DNA of 64,000 nt from Lama glama (taxonomy: Eukaryota): contig CM052818.1 of NCBI GenBank assembly GCA_028534125.1, positions 42,100,001 to 42,164,000 of the forward strand. The letters run 5' to 3'. Positions 26,901 through 40,200 of the stretch are shown one piece after another; the first letter of the stretch is position 1; every line of letters begins with the position of its first letter. A model generated the notes under the pieces. That model had not been told where the DNA came from, made no database searches, and saw only the letters and a list, made by a program, of their open reading frames with translations. The translations under genes and the position numbers were made by a program.

Positions 26901-27975
26901 CTACAAACCAGGCCCTGTGAACACGTATTCCTCGAAACTCAGCTTCTGCACCTGTAAAACCACAACGTGCACAAGATCAGAAAGCTCTCTCCCAGCTCCA
27001 GCCTTAAATGGTCTAAATCTCAAGTCTTTTCTTGGCCATTATGTCCATTAAAAACTCATTTTCAAAGCAGTGATTAAGGGGATGAACATTACAAGGAGCT
27101 GTCATCACACAGCTTTGAGACTGGTTATGGGAGTTCTAGGAACTCTCCAGAGAAAGTGGTCTTCCTGCAGGAGATAGAATGGTACCCTCATAATCACTTC
27201 ACACAAACTATGACTCGGCAGACTAGGTAATGATTTTCCCAATGTTCACATACTGAATTCCACTCAAAGTTTTGTTTGAAGAAAATACTTCAGAGCTAAA
27301 ATGAGGTTAAAATTATAATAGCCTTTGCTCTTAAAGAATCTCTAGGGCAAAAATAATTTTCCCCAAGAAACTACTTTATAAAGCAAGAGTCAAAAGGCAC
27401 AAAATCACAACTGTATCTATAAAAATTTTCCCTTTTCCCTCTGGTATTTCAGGCAAGTGGCTTTTGGGAAACGTATTTCAAGGAACTGCATTTAAATGTA
27501 AGACCAAGAGGGACATCAGAATAGTTTTATCTTTATAGCTTTGCATCATCTGGAGGGAAAGGTTCTTAAAAAGAAGGTAAACCTTCAGAGACAGACCTTC
27601 GCCATCACCATCACCAAATCGGGCACCAGCCCGTAGACACAGAGCCCTTTCTAACGCCCTAAACGACTCCAGGCTTCCAAGCTGACCCCGTGGTCCTTCT
27701 GCCTCGGGATCCCCCAGTTTTCCTTCCCGTTACAGCTCTTCTTGAGCTCCAGCGTACACCGAGGTGACCACAACTACCTCGAGACTGTCTCCATTCGGGA
27801 TCGCCTCCTGGGGAACCCCTACTCAGGGCAGTCACCAGAGGTTCCACTCAGGTCCGGCGCCAAAGTCACGTACCCATAAACTTCACCTCACAAACCCAGA
27901 GCTTTCCTGAAGAAGAAAACCTATAAAGTAATTTTAAAGTAAGACACAAACTCTCGTGAAAATACAGCCATCAAA

Positions 27976-27981
27976 TTTATT
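27976..27981 (-). terminator. DDX1: DDX1 polyadenylation signal AATAAA (3' UTR about 200 nt)
   Basis: tttatt on + strand about 180 nt past the stop, followed on the minus strand by a GT-rich element (gagtttgtgtctt). Confidence 0.85.
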
Positions 27982-28160
27982 ATTTTCATTAGGTCACCGT
28001 TTTATGAAGAATTCCTAAGACTGGTGTTTCCTGACGTGCAATCATTTGCATTAACAGCTTAAGTTACTATAAATACTGCTGCTTGTACTGCAGTACAACT
28101 ATTTAGAGTTTTAATACTACAGCCTTTCATTATTCAAATCTTTCTCAGGGTATGTTAAAA

Positions 28161-28291
28161 TCAGAAGGTTCTGAACAGCTGGTTAGGAAGGTAGCCAAGA
28201 TGTAGGAACGATGTCTGTGCCTCCTTTTCAAGGGCAGCCAACTCTTGAACTGTAGGTGCCAAAACATCCACGTGGCCTTTATAGTTTCCAC
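28161..28291 (-). CDS. DDX1: DDX1 exon 26 coding part ([47 protein letters not shown])
   Basis: gcag|GTGGA...TTC TGA; 131 nt including the stop. Confidence 0.97.
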
Positions 28292-31200
28292 CTGCGTCAC
28301 ACAGGTGAAAGCAACGTTAAGTGACATGCTTGAAATAACGTGTCAGCAATACTTTCGCTCAGTTGTATCAACTTAAACAGGGCTTCCAGTAGCAGAAAGG
28401 TACTGCTGGGAAAGCCGTCTCCAGAACCCTGAGCTTTAACAATGTTCCATCAGCTAAAATAAATGATACGGCCTTACGAACAGCTGTCCCAATACCCGTA
28501 CCATCCCCTCCCCGATCCTCTTCTCCTTGGTTTAGAAACCACTAGTTTAGCCTGAATCTTAAAAAAAAAAAAATTTCAGGAATGAGCTAAGCGTACTGCA
28601 GGCAAAGGGAATAAGCAGCATCCTGGGTTACCACTGTTCAAAATGACCACTTTCCTTGTCTTTCCTAATGACTCCACAGATGTTCCACTATTCTTATGAC
28701 ATTAACCCCTCAAGAGAAGCAGCGAGGCTGCTATCCTGCATTCACCCAGAGATCACACGGCAAAACACGCGGCGAGACGGGAATGGACAGAGTGCTATGG
28801 GGGTAATAAGGAGGGGTGATTGACATGCTAAAAATACACACTTAACGTAAGGGAATGAAATGCTCTCTTCTTAAGCTAAAGCTCAAAAAAGAACAGACTC
28901 ACATTTAAAACAGAATTAGAAGTAATTCAGTGCTTACCACCAATAGTCCTTTTTTGACCATAAGTAACTTTCCCATCAAATTCATCCACGGGTACCTTTA
29001 TATCCGGCTCAACCTGAGAAATGGTACAGTTCAGATGTTCTTCTATCTCAGACAGCAACTAAGAAAGGGAGAGGAAATTAAAGCATTTTCAAATAAAAAT
29101 TTCATTTTAACAGTCCTGCATTTGAACAGCATTAAGTAAAACCAGGAAGGCTATAATACTTAGCATAAATGGAAGTGAGATTTCTGAAGTGATAAACTCA
29201 CAAGCTACAATTTATAAACTACAGTAACACAATCACTCACTACTTAACTGACAAAAAGACAAAAGCTGATACATAACTTTAATAGACAAATGCATCCTAT
29301 TTTTACCAACTTTAATAAGATTTTTGTAAGTCTCACCTGCATCTCATTGTACCATATGGTACAGCCTCCATCTTCCTTGAGTCTTGTGTTATAACACCCT
29401 TTTCCACGGCTGCTACATACGTGGTACCAAACCTATATTAAAGGAAAAAACATTAACATGTATGGAGACTGAAACATGCTCGATATCTTTGTTCTCAATT
29501 AGTTTTTTAAAACAGATTGCCGGTACGGTATGTCACCCAGCTACCACCACCATTCAGCAGCTCACTGACTAGGTCTTCTGAAAGAGTTCTTTTTGCCAGG
29601 AATCCAAAACTTTTTCTAGAAGAGACATCAACTACAGAAAGGAATTATCAGGTAAAAATAAGAAGAAAGAAGCAAATGTTAGAGAATGCTACATCAAGAT
29701 TAGTATCAAAAATAGGGTCCAACTGTCGTCTGTAAGATTATAATAAAGAAATAGCAAAAAGCAAAATGAACAATTAGTTTGGGCAACGAGTTTGTGGAAG
29801 TTCCTCACTCTTGCAACTCTTCTATAAATTTGTATCAAATTATTATATCAACTTATATCAAAATAATAAGTTAACGCTCTCTCCCATAAAACGTCTACCA
29901 TGGCATGATGCCAGAGAGAGTTTAAATGCTTTTCTGTGAAAACAATTATATTAAAGCTATTAGGGAAAATTGTGCTTTGTATTTTCTCCTTTCTAAACTT
30001 CACCCTACTAGCCGTCCATTCAATGAATATAGAGAAAAAGATGCCATTAAAAAGTTCATTTACATTCCATATGCAACTGAATTCAGTGAAAGAAAAATCA
30101 AACTGCTTTTCCTTCCAACATCTAAAATGACAACACAAACAAAGAATATATGTAGCACTGAAAAGGTTACCTTCTCCTTTTCTGTTGCCACCAGGGAAAT
30201 AGCCAGACCCATCCTGAAAGATTTTTAAAAGCCTTTATTAGACTTTACTCCTGAAGCATAGACGCTTAAAGAGGAAAAAAGAAATGACAGGGCTACCTCT
30301 CAGCTCTTCCCACTCTGCCAATTCGATGGACGTAGTTTTGCTTTTCATCAGGCAAGGTGACATTTATAACTGTAAAGAAAAACAGTTTATTACCAATTGG
30401 CATTAGTTCCTGAAATTTTCAAACATATTTGATGTTCTAAATATTTTAAACATATTTATTTACTCCATAAAATTCAACTTGCAAACATAAAAACTTTTTT
30501 ACCATAAGGAACACCATGGATGTCAATTCCTCTCGCAGCTACATCTGTGCAAATCAAGAATCTTACATCTCCTTTCTAAAGAGAAGAGAGAGGAGAGGAG
30601 GGAATTTATTAGTATGTGTGCTAAAAAATTAACACAAATGCCACTTTCCCACCAAATGAGACCTCTAGTAACTAATGTACCATCAGACCAGAGGTCCAGT
30701 CGTTCATAATTCACTGGACCAAGTCTTAATTTTTAAATTATATATAAAGTGCCAAAACATGACATTTAAGGTGAATAAATCAGTGACTCATTTTTGCTTT
30801 TCTTTTTTCTTACATCAAAGTTATTAAACCATTGCTAAAATGTGGCTTTATCTTTAGAAATTCTGACAGGTAATTCAAAAGAAAGACAGAATAAAATGTA
30901 AAAACATTAAGCATTACTTTTATCCTTGCATTAAAATAAATTCAGAATACTACGTATTTTACCTCGAGGTTATACATTTTGTGACAACAGATAAAATCCT
31001 AAAGAGAGTGGGCCCTTTATGCTCTTCCCAAGAAAACACAAATTAGCCTTCAGATGTCATTTGTGCCCCCAAGGCACAGCAAAGTTATCAATTTGAAGTG
31101 GGGAAGGGCATATTGACTCCTGGTCCAACACAAAGCCCAGGACAGAGAAGGGGGACACACATGCTGAAATGAGGCCATGTGCCATGCTTTAACAACCACA

Positions 31201-34200
31201 TCAATTACGCTCAGCACGGACACATAATCCAAACTTCCTAAGCCTAGTACGTCCCACCTTTTTTCATATTATGGGTCTGAGAGAAAGGGTGTGTGTACTG
31301 CACCCTAGAGTAAACACACTATGACAGACGGATGAGAATGCTCGTGGGTAGAGGCTCCCGACCTTGAATTCTAAAATGGCTCAAGTCCTACCCATCTACA
31401 CGGAGAACTATGCAGCCTGCTCATGGGCTGCAAGCACATAACTGGGACACTCTACCCCAAATAACTCAAAACGTATTTAATTTTACAAAACCATAGTCTG
31501 ATATCTGTCTTAAACTAATCTGTAAATTACGTTTCCTATGGGTATTAAAACCAGCTACTAAATTTAAAAAAGGCTCACAGACATGATTTAACTATCCAGT
31601 GATGCTTCTTCTAAAAATATCTACCTGAAAGATTTAAACTAAAACTTAAGTTGAAAACTCTTATGACAGCAGTGTTGTTCCAACAGAGAATGTGTAATTA
31701 ACCATTACAGTGGTGATGAGGACATACCAACAGAGGCGAAATGTTCTGAAATTCCTAGGACAAGAATTGCTTTAATAATATTAACTGGAACTGATTAAAA
31801 CTAGATACAGCTCCCCTTTTAAGTATTAAGGAAATGCAGTCAGTTATCAGTACCTTGAACCTTTCCAAGTTTTGCTTCCTCTCGTGAGGCTTTCTGTCGC
31901 CATGAAGACAAACACATGAGAACTGGTGTCCTTTTTTATCAGGTCCTAGTGAAAAGCATATTCAACAGTTAATTATGCCCGAGACTATGTCAAAAAATCA
32001 GTAACGTTTAGACTACAATGGTATCATATACTTCTACAGAAATCTATACTCCAACCTGTCATAGAGCATGGTTAACAATTTCTGTCATAGGTGAAATGTC
32101 ATTAAAATGAACTCCATGAGCATTAAAACTGATTTGCTTTGAAGGACATTTTAAGTAACCTTTCCCAATCTGAAGGAGTAGATACAGCAATATGCCAACC
32201 AAAATATATCAGTAAGAGAAAAATACTATGTGTGAAGCAGGAACCTCACCTATCCCATGTAAAGAAGAATCAAAAAGTAAACAAAAGAGATTGTTCTTGG
32301 AAGAACCAAACTAGACATTATGAAGTTCATGCCCTGACTAAAAGGCCACGCCCACAAGCTTGCTCCCCTCAAGGTTTTCTAAGCCAACTCAGTCATCTGG
32401 CTTCCTGGCCAAAGCAGATTAGAAGCAGCAAACGGGAAGGATGGAGAAGTGGTGTTTTCTAGGCAGGTGCAGTGGCAGCCAATCCTAAAAAAGAAACTCT
32501 TCAAGTAGATCCAGTAATAAAAAACAGTGCAGTCTGGACCCGAGTAAAAGCCAACAACGGCCTTCTAGAACTCAACCGGACCTCAACAGGCACCATCATG
32601 AGACAGCCCAAAATAACAATTACTCCACTGAACTACTCTCCACAGTACATTAGATTCCATAAAACACACTTCAGAATTTAAGGAAACGATACAGTTTGAA
32701 AGACATCCACCCAAAGTGACTAGCCAAAAACTAATTATGCAGAAGAAAGAAATCACTAACTAGAACCTCCAAAAGCTTACAGCTGAGGTCGTACTGCATC
32801 CTGAACTGAGTCAGCTGGCTTAAGAAAACATCACAGACACCCCTAGTCCCTGGTCGAGGTGCGTGTATGGAGGAGAGATTCTCCTCTCGTCAAGTGCTGG
32901 AATCTGGGATGTATCAGCCTATTCTGGCTTCAAAAATGGTTTGGGAAACTTGTTTTCTAGGCAGAAGTAACCAGAACACACAAAGAAGGAAGGTACAAGG
33001 AAGGAAGGACATTGCTGCTTGACCTTCGGCACTCCTAGCCACACAATTGAATCCTCCATTCAAAAGCAACATGTAAATGAAGAAAGATTTATTACAAAAC
33101 AGTCACCATTACTAAAACAATCAAGCAAGTCTGTTTGCCAGGACTCTAGGGGAAAAAAAAAGTTACTGAACCGTTCCCTATAACAAACAATGTAACGTGT
33201 TTTATATGACCATTAGTCCACACTTTTAAATTGTTCAAATTTTCCATATCCCTTTTGAGTTTTCTAGCTCCTTGAAGTACATCAATTACCAAAAGAGATG
33301 TGTTAAAGCCTTCCCCAGTATGGCAGAATTTGTCTGTTACTTTGTACATCTGTCAGTTTCTACCTTATATATTTTAACTTACTGTATTTTCCAACACAGC
33401 AAAACAGAAAGACTTCTAACAATGAACAGCTATATTCTCACCACCTAAACTTTACCACTAACATTTACTGTACTTGGCCACAAACTATCGATCCACCCCT
33501 CTGTCCTTCTATCAACTCATATTTCTGATACGTTTCAATGTAAATTGCAGATATCAGTACACAGTTCAGCATGCATATCACCAACTAGAGTGCAGAATTT
33601 AGAGTTTTTTGTTTTCCTGTTGAAGCTGAAGTTACATACAAGGAAATATGCAAATCTTTAGTGTACATTTGCTGAGTTTTGACAAATGCGTACACCTATA
33701 TAGCCCGAAGCCCTATCAAGATACCCAACATAAGTATCATCCACAAAGTACCTTCAATGCCCTTTCGCAGTTATCTGCACTCCCACCCTCCTGGGAACAA
33801 CCACTGTTCTGGTTTTTTTTCCCCACCACAGATTAGTTTTGACTCTTCTAGAACTTCAACAAATGGAGTCACATGGTATATACTCTGGTGTAAGAATTCT
33901 TTCATTCAGTATAATGCTTCTGAGATTCACCCACAGTTGTTGAGTCTGTCAGCAGACTATTCCTTTTCAGTGCTGACTAGCAAGTATTCCACTGTATAAA
34001 TACCTTGCATTTTGTTTAGCCATTCTTCTATTAATGGCCATTTAGTATACAGTTTGGAGTCATTATAAATAAAGCTGCTATAACCATCTCGCAGACATCT
34101 TTTCTCAATGTATGTTTTCACTTATCTTGGGTCAGTACTCAAAGGAGCTGAACTGCTAGACCACAAGATAGGATGCTTAATTTTATAAAAAAAACTGTAA

Positions 34201-37200
34201 GAACTTTTACCAAAGTAATTGTACACCAACAGTGTATGAGAGTTCTGGTTTCTCCACACCCACACCAAAATTTGGTGTTTTAAGTATTTTTAATCTAGTC
34301 ATTCTAATGAGTGTACAGTAGTAACACACTGTGATTTTATTTTGCATTTCCCTAATGACTGATTATACCTAGCATTTTTTTCAGGTTGGCTTATGTATTT
34401 GATGTTATAAGGAGCATAAGGTTATAAGCATTATATCTTCATTGTAGATTGAGTACTTTATTAACAAAGTAACCCTTTTTATTTCTAGTAACATTTTTGT
34501 CTTAAAGCTTATGGCATGTCTTATTAACACAGTGAGACCAACTTTCTTTTGATTAATATTTTAGCTGACATTTATATATTTTTTCATTCCCCTTCCTTTC
34601 AACCTTTCCATGTCCTCAGGTTTCAGGTAAGTTTCTTGTAAACAGCATGCAGCCTGATTTTATCCAGTCTAACAGCGATGGCTCTTTATCAGAAGACTTC
34701 AGTCCACTGATGTGTATTATAGCATTTACTCAAATATTCAGATTTTTCCACCAGCTGTATTATTCTATAGTTTCTAACTGTTTTGCTTTTTCTCATTGTT
34801 CCCTTCTTCCTTTCTAACCTTTTTTTAGATTAAGTTTTTTTCCTCATTTGTTGGTTGAGAAGATATACATTCTATTATTTGATGATTACACTTAGAATTT
34901 TAACATCAATCAATAACTTTCCCTTTTTCCAAATGACATAAGGGCTTAGAAGGCTGTGAGTCACCTTCACTGTAATGAAACTGTCCCTGTGTGGAAAGTT
35001 ACCTCATTGTTTTTCCCAGGGCTTATCATATGGAAAAGTACTGGATAAGCACAGATACTTACAATGCATCATCACTGCTTTACATTCTGGGCATGCACGC
35101 TATGCTGCACCAACGTGAGATTAATAATCTATTAAGTGAGGAAATAAACACAGTTTATTTCAAGTGAGGAAACATTACCTCCTCCTTGTTGCATAAAATA
35201 CTGCTCCAAGTTATCACAGTCGATTTTGGTTCTACAGAAAATAATTGCTTGATCCATCTTGTGCTCCTTGATCGCTCGGACAGCATACTCCCCCTTCAGG
35301 ATTTTAATAGCTTCAGACCACATCTCTTGAATAACACAACAACAACAACAAAAAAACCCACCAGAATTTCAATCTTTTACTGTCACAAATGCACATAATT
35401 ACAATCATAGACTTACTGCTTAACTCACCAAAAAAAAATCAACTTTAATACATGTATTATAGACAAAATCAAGAAATAAGAAGATAGGATGAAATGGGGA
35501 GATAATCCACTTGTCCATTTGTTTTCATTTCTCTTAGTGTTTTTTATGCCAGTTTATGGGCTACCAAAACACCCACCACCATACCTCTTGTAAAGGAAAA
35601 TGTGCATGTACACACACAGAACCCCACCCACACACAACACTCTGCTCTTCCCTCTCATGGAGAACTAATCATATTCCGCCGAGCATTAACTTCCCTAAAT
35701 GCTCAATAAATGTTTACTCAATCACTTTAAACCCTGTAAAATACAGTAAATGTACTTTCTGAATCAATCTAAACACCAGGCAGTTCACACTACACTCTGG
35801 GAAATAAAAATTCTACATCAAACCTAGTTAGTAATTTTTTTAGTTGCCATCCTCCAAATGTCTATTTTCCAGCATGAAGCTGGGCTACAGTTACTCCTCA
35901 GCTGTCTAATAAAAAATTTTAATTCCGTAACCCACTGAGCCTAAGGTCTCTCTAATTGTAGTAAAAATTAAGCAAAATTTTAACAAGGAAAAATAACATG
36001 AAGCAGTAGTAACTGTTATTTTATAAAATGCAGTCCCAAAAGGTGGGATGATACATTAGTTTGTCTACCAGTGTCTCTGCTCCTCCCCAACAGTAAGGCA
36101 ACAGTAAGGCCAGGAGAGCACGCACCTTATACATCTGGAGCTGTACGTAAAACTAAGTTCAAAGATACTCTCTGTAGCCAAACGTCAGATACTTCACCTT
36201 TCAGAGGCCTGTCAAAAACCTACCAGTGAATCCGATCATGAACAAAATGCAGTCTAACCCTTACCAGTGATCCACCTGAGACGTGTGATATCAGACACCT
36301 GCCCTAATGGGTTGAAGATGGAATCTAGGTTCTAAGCACTATTCCTGTATCAGGATGTGTCTTCATGTATCTTTGAAATACTGTGTACCTGAAATAAACT
36401 GGCTCAATTCTGCTCAGAAGCACCTTCACTGAATCAAAATGGTTAAAGTGGTAGATTTATGTCTCCTTAATCACACAAGAAGAATCAGTAAACTATTTCA
36501 AGATCCTTTCTGTATCTTTCACAAAGCTGTGGCTAAAGATACTTCCCTTTGTTACTTAATTCTCAGATATGAAGCCTCTAGGTGGCATTTCTCTTGGAAT
36601 TCAGGACCAATGTAGAATTTGTCACCAGAGAAATTTGCTGGTTTCCTAGGAAAATGAGAATTCTATAATCTAAAATATTTTATTTTGATCCCAGGAGACT
36701 AATACCTTCAATTCAGTGATTGATAATCCTCTAAGTTTACTGCTATCAGCTTTTCCCTCATTTCTTCGTTATTTTTATTTCTTTATTTTCAGATTTCCTG
36801 TTCCTTCACTAGAGTAGATAGGGAATAAATTCAAAAAAACAAATCAATTCATTTTGAAAATCCTTCAGCACATTTTGTTGATTCTTCTAACTCACCTGGA
36901 CTGTTAGCACCGGGTCTTGTGTTATCTTTTGCGTGCACCTCATCAGTCTATCGAGAGGGAAAGGAAACAAAAGAGGTGAGGAGTGGTTAAGTAATGATTC
37001 AGAACAGGTATTTTTTTTTTAAAGGAAGAACTGTATCTAACTTTAGACTGCATTCCAGACATACGTCTTTATAGCTGACAGGCAAAATCATTCTTCTGTA
37101 TCAGAAAAACCTTTTATTAACTGTAGGTCTAAAGCTAATTAATTTTAAATGTAATAATAATAATTACTCAAAGGTAGTTTTTGGCATATTGTGTATTTAC

Positions 37201-40200
37201 AATAAATATAACCTTATTATTATATTAACGTAAATCTAGCAGCAGTGGAAAAAAATGAAAAGACAGACACACGAAATTGATTTTTAGGAAAATAAGGCAC
37301 ATTAAGAAGACTCTAAAACACTCCTAAAAATGGAAATCACTGTATCAGAAAGCAGACACACACACACACGTATAGCGGGGGGGGGGGGAGGTAACCCTAT
37401 TTACTTAGAGAAAAGTAAAGCACGAGCGCATAGCTTATTCCACACCTTACAGACCTAAACTTTTCTGGTCGATGTGCCGGACTTCTCTTTTCTTAAAGGT
37501 ACAGTATCTGGTTGCTTTAAGCATCACCAAGAGCCCAAGGTTAAATTAGCTCATGAATGCTGACTTCTACACAATATTTGTCAACGACATAAAGTACTTA
37601 CTCTAATGTGGTTTTTGCCAAGCCTCTCCCAGAGTCTGTCAGCTTTGGGGTTCACGGGCACAACAACGTGGTGCACAGTATCTGGAACAGAATCTTCTCC
37701 TTTCAAATCCACCCAGGTAGGAAAGTGCATTATCTTCTCAGACAGTTTCTTCACATCAAAAGAATGCAAAGTGGCTGAGCAGACAATCACCTAAGAACAG
37801 AAAAACAAACTTTAGATAAGCTTTTAGTTTATTATAATTTATAATAATTCTACCATACAAATACAGATGGGGGGCGCAAATTATGCTAAACCTGGAATCT
37901 AAAGGCATGTGCTCTACCTGACTCTGGAGCAACAACTAGGGGGTGACTTTGGGCGGGTTAGACTCTGAGCTTCCGTCCTCTCACTGCCACAGAAACCACG
38001 CCATCTACTCCTCAAGGTCCTACAGAAACTAAGTAGGATGGAAAGGCTTTTAAAAATCTTAAGTCGTAAGTTACTACCTGTCCCCTTCCCTTACAAGCCT
38101 CTACCTCTCTAATTCTTCTAAGAAAACAGAATGAGAAAGAATAATATTTTAAGAATTACTAAGGAAACAACTGCTTTTTATCAGCTCAAGACATTTTTCC
38201 TTCAAAGAGGAAGCAATGCTCAGAGTCTAGAATATAAACCCTGAATGCTCTGTAGGGAAAAAAAAAAAAAACTAAGAATCTTTTATTTACAGTCTTCTGT
38301 AAACACCTAAGTAATTTCTTCAAATTCCCTTCACCTTTATTTCTAAAATCAGCTCCTAAGACTGCTTCCTTTGTGGGTACCATTTAATCAGGTAATGAAG
38401 AAAATGTTTCATACAGTAGTTAACTTAATCAGAGGAGCCTAAAACAAAATGTGAATGTAAAACAAAAAAAAGCGAGCATCCATAACAACTGTCTACATGT
38501 ATTTCAACATGCATTCGTTATTTTATACCTGAAGTCTTTTTCCGTCAGAGGTAATCTGAGGAATCTGATTGTGAATCCTGTTTATAAAATCAGAGTACCC
38601 TTGAGAAAGAAGGCCATCCTGCACGAGAAGCAAAGAAAAGTATAAGACTTTTTAATCAGTATCTAAATCTTTCTTTCCTAAATCAAATGTAAAACTTAAG
38701 ATATGGAAACTAATTCATTCACATACATATCTCCATAGTTTCAAAATAATTGTTTTCTATTGGATATTGAATAAGGTACAAATTCAAGTTTGAATTCCAT
38801 GGGACTACAATATGAAAAAGCTGACAATAACTTAAAAACCATACTCTGGTATTCTAAAATGAATATAAGAGTTAACAGCTCTGATCACATGTCCTTACAG
38901 ATATGATTTTCTTTTACCATTTTTTATTGATTTGTAATCATTTTACAATGTTGTGTCAAATTCCAGTGTACAGCAGTTTTTCAGTTATACATGAACATAT
39001 ATATATTCATTGTCACATTTTTTCCTCCGTGGGCTACCATAAGATCTTGTATATATTTCCCTGTGCTATACAGTATAATCTTGTTTATCTATTCTACAAT
39101 TTTGAAATCCCAGATTTTAATATGAAAAAACCAAAACCTTCAGTGTTGAAAAATGACTTCAGATTGAAAATAATTTAGAACTATGTCTCAAGAGCCTCAA
39201 ATACACTAATGTAATTTGTACTGTGTAAAAACAAGTATATACAAGCAAGATAACTGTTTGCAGTAATAAACAAACCTACATAACTAGTAATTAAAGTGGT
39301 TAATCAGCCACGAAGTATGTATATAAGGGACCACTGGACAGCCTTTAAAACCTGTTTACAAAAATGTGACAATGAATATATGTATGTTCATGTATAACTG
39401 AAAATTTGTGCTCTACACTGGAATTTGACACAACATTGTAAAATGACTATAACTCAATTAAAAAAAAGTTAAAAAAAAAAACCTGTTTACAAATATGACA
39501 TGAAATATTCATGCCCCACAGCAAAAAAGGTTTCCCAGGTTCCACAGAGCCTGACTGCAACCACATAAAACTGAATTTACATATATGTATAACTGAATCA
39601 CTCTGCTGTACACCTGAAACATTGTAAATCAACTATACCTCAGTGAAAAGTTCATACAAACATAAGGAGTGAATGAAAATATGCCAAACTGGTGACAGTG
39701 TTTCTCTCTAGGTCATAGGATCCTGACTGAATTGTACTTTTTCTTCATCATTTTGCATATTTGATCTCCAAAAACATAAGCAAACTTTTTTTTTTAAAAA
39801 GCATGAGTATATTTCAACATACAGCTTCATCCAGGACCAGGAATCTAACTTGGGATAAGTTCAGTTTTCCAGTCGAGACCAAATCATCCAGTCTCCCCGG
39901 TGTGCCAACGACTATATCTACCTGGAAAATATCAAAAAGGAGCACCTAATGAAAACTGAAGAACTATTACAATTACCTTAAAATAGCAACCACCAACGGT
40001 CTGCTTACAATAAAAACACACATATTGAAGTAGTCACAGTCAACTCTAAAAGCACAAAAGATGAATTCTAGATAATGCCTTATTATTAAACTTGTATCTG
40101 GTTTGAGATCAATGTGAAGATTTTGGCAACTGTTTTTGTCATTTTTAACTGTTATATGCAGTCTAATACGTAAAATTTGTGTTTTCCAAGTGAAAAACCA

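Noticed and set aside
37377..37388. G12 run next to a (CA)n repeat in intron 17
   Set aside because: A simple homopolymer prone to sequencing error, with no supporting context
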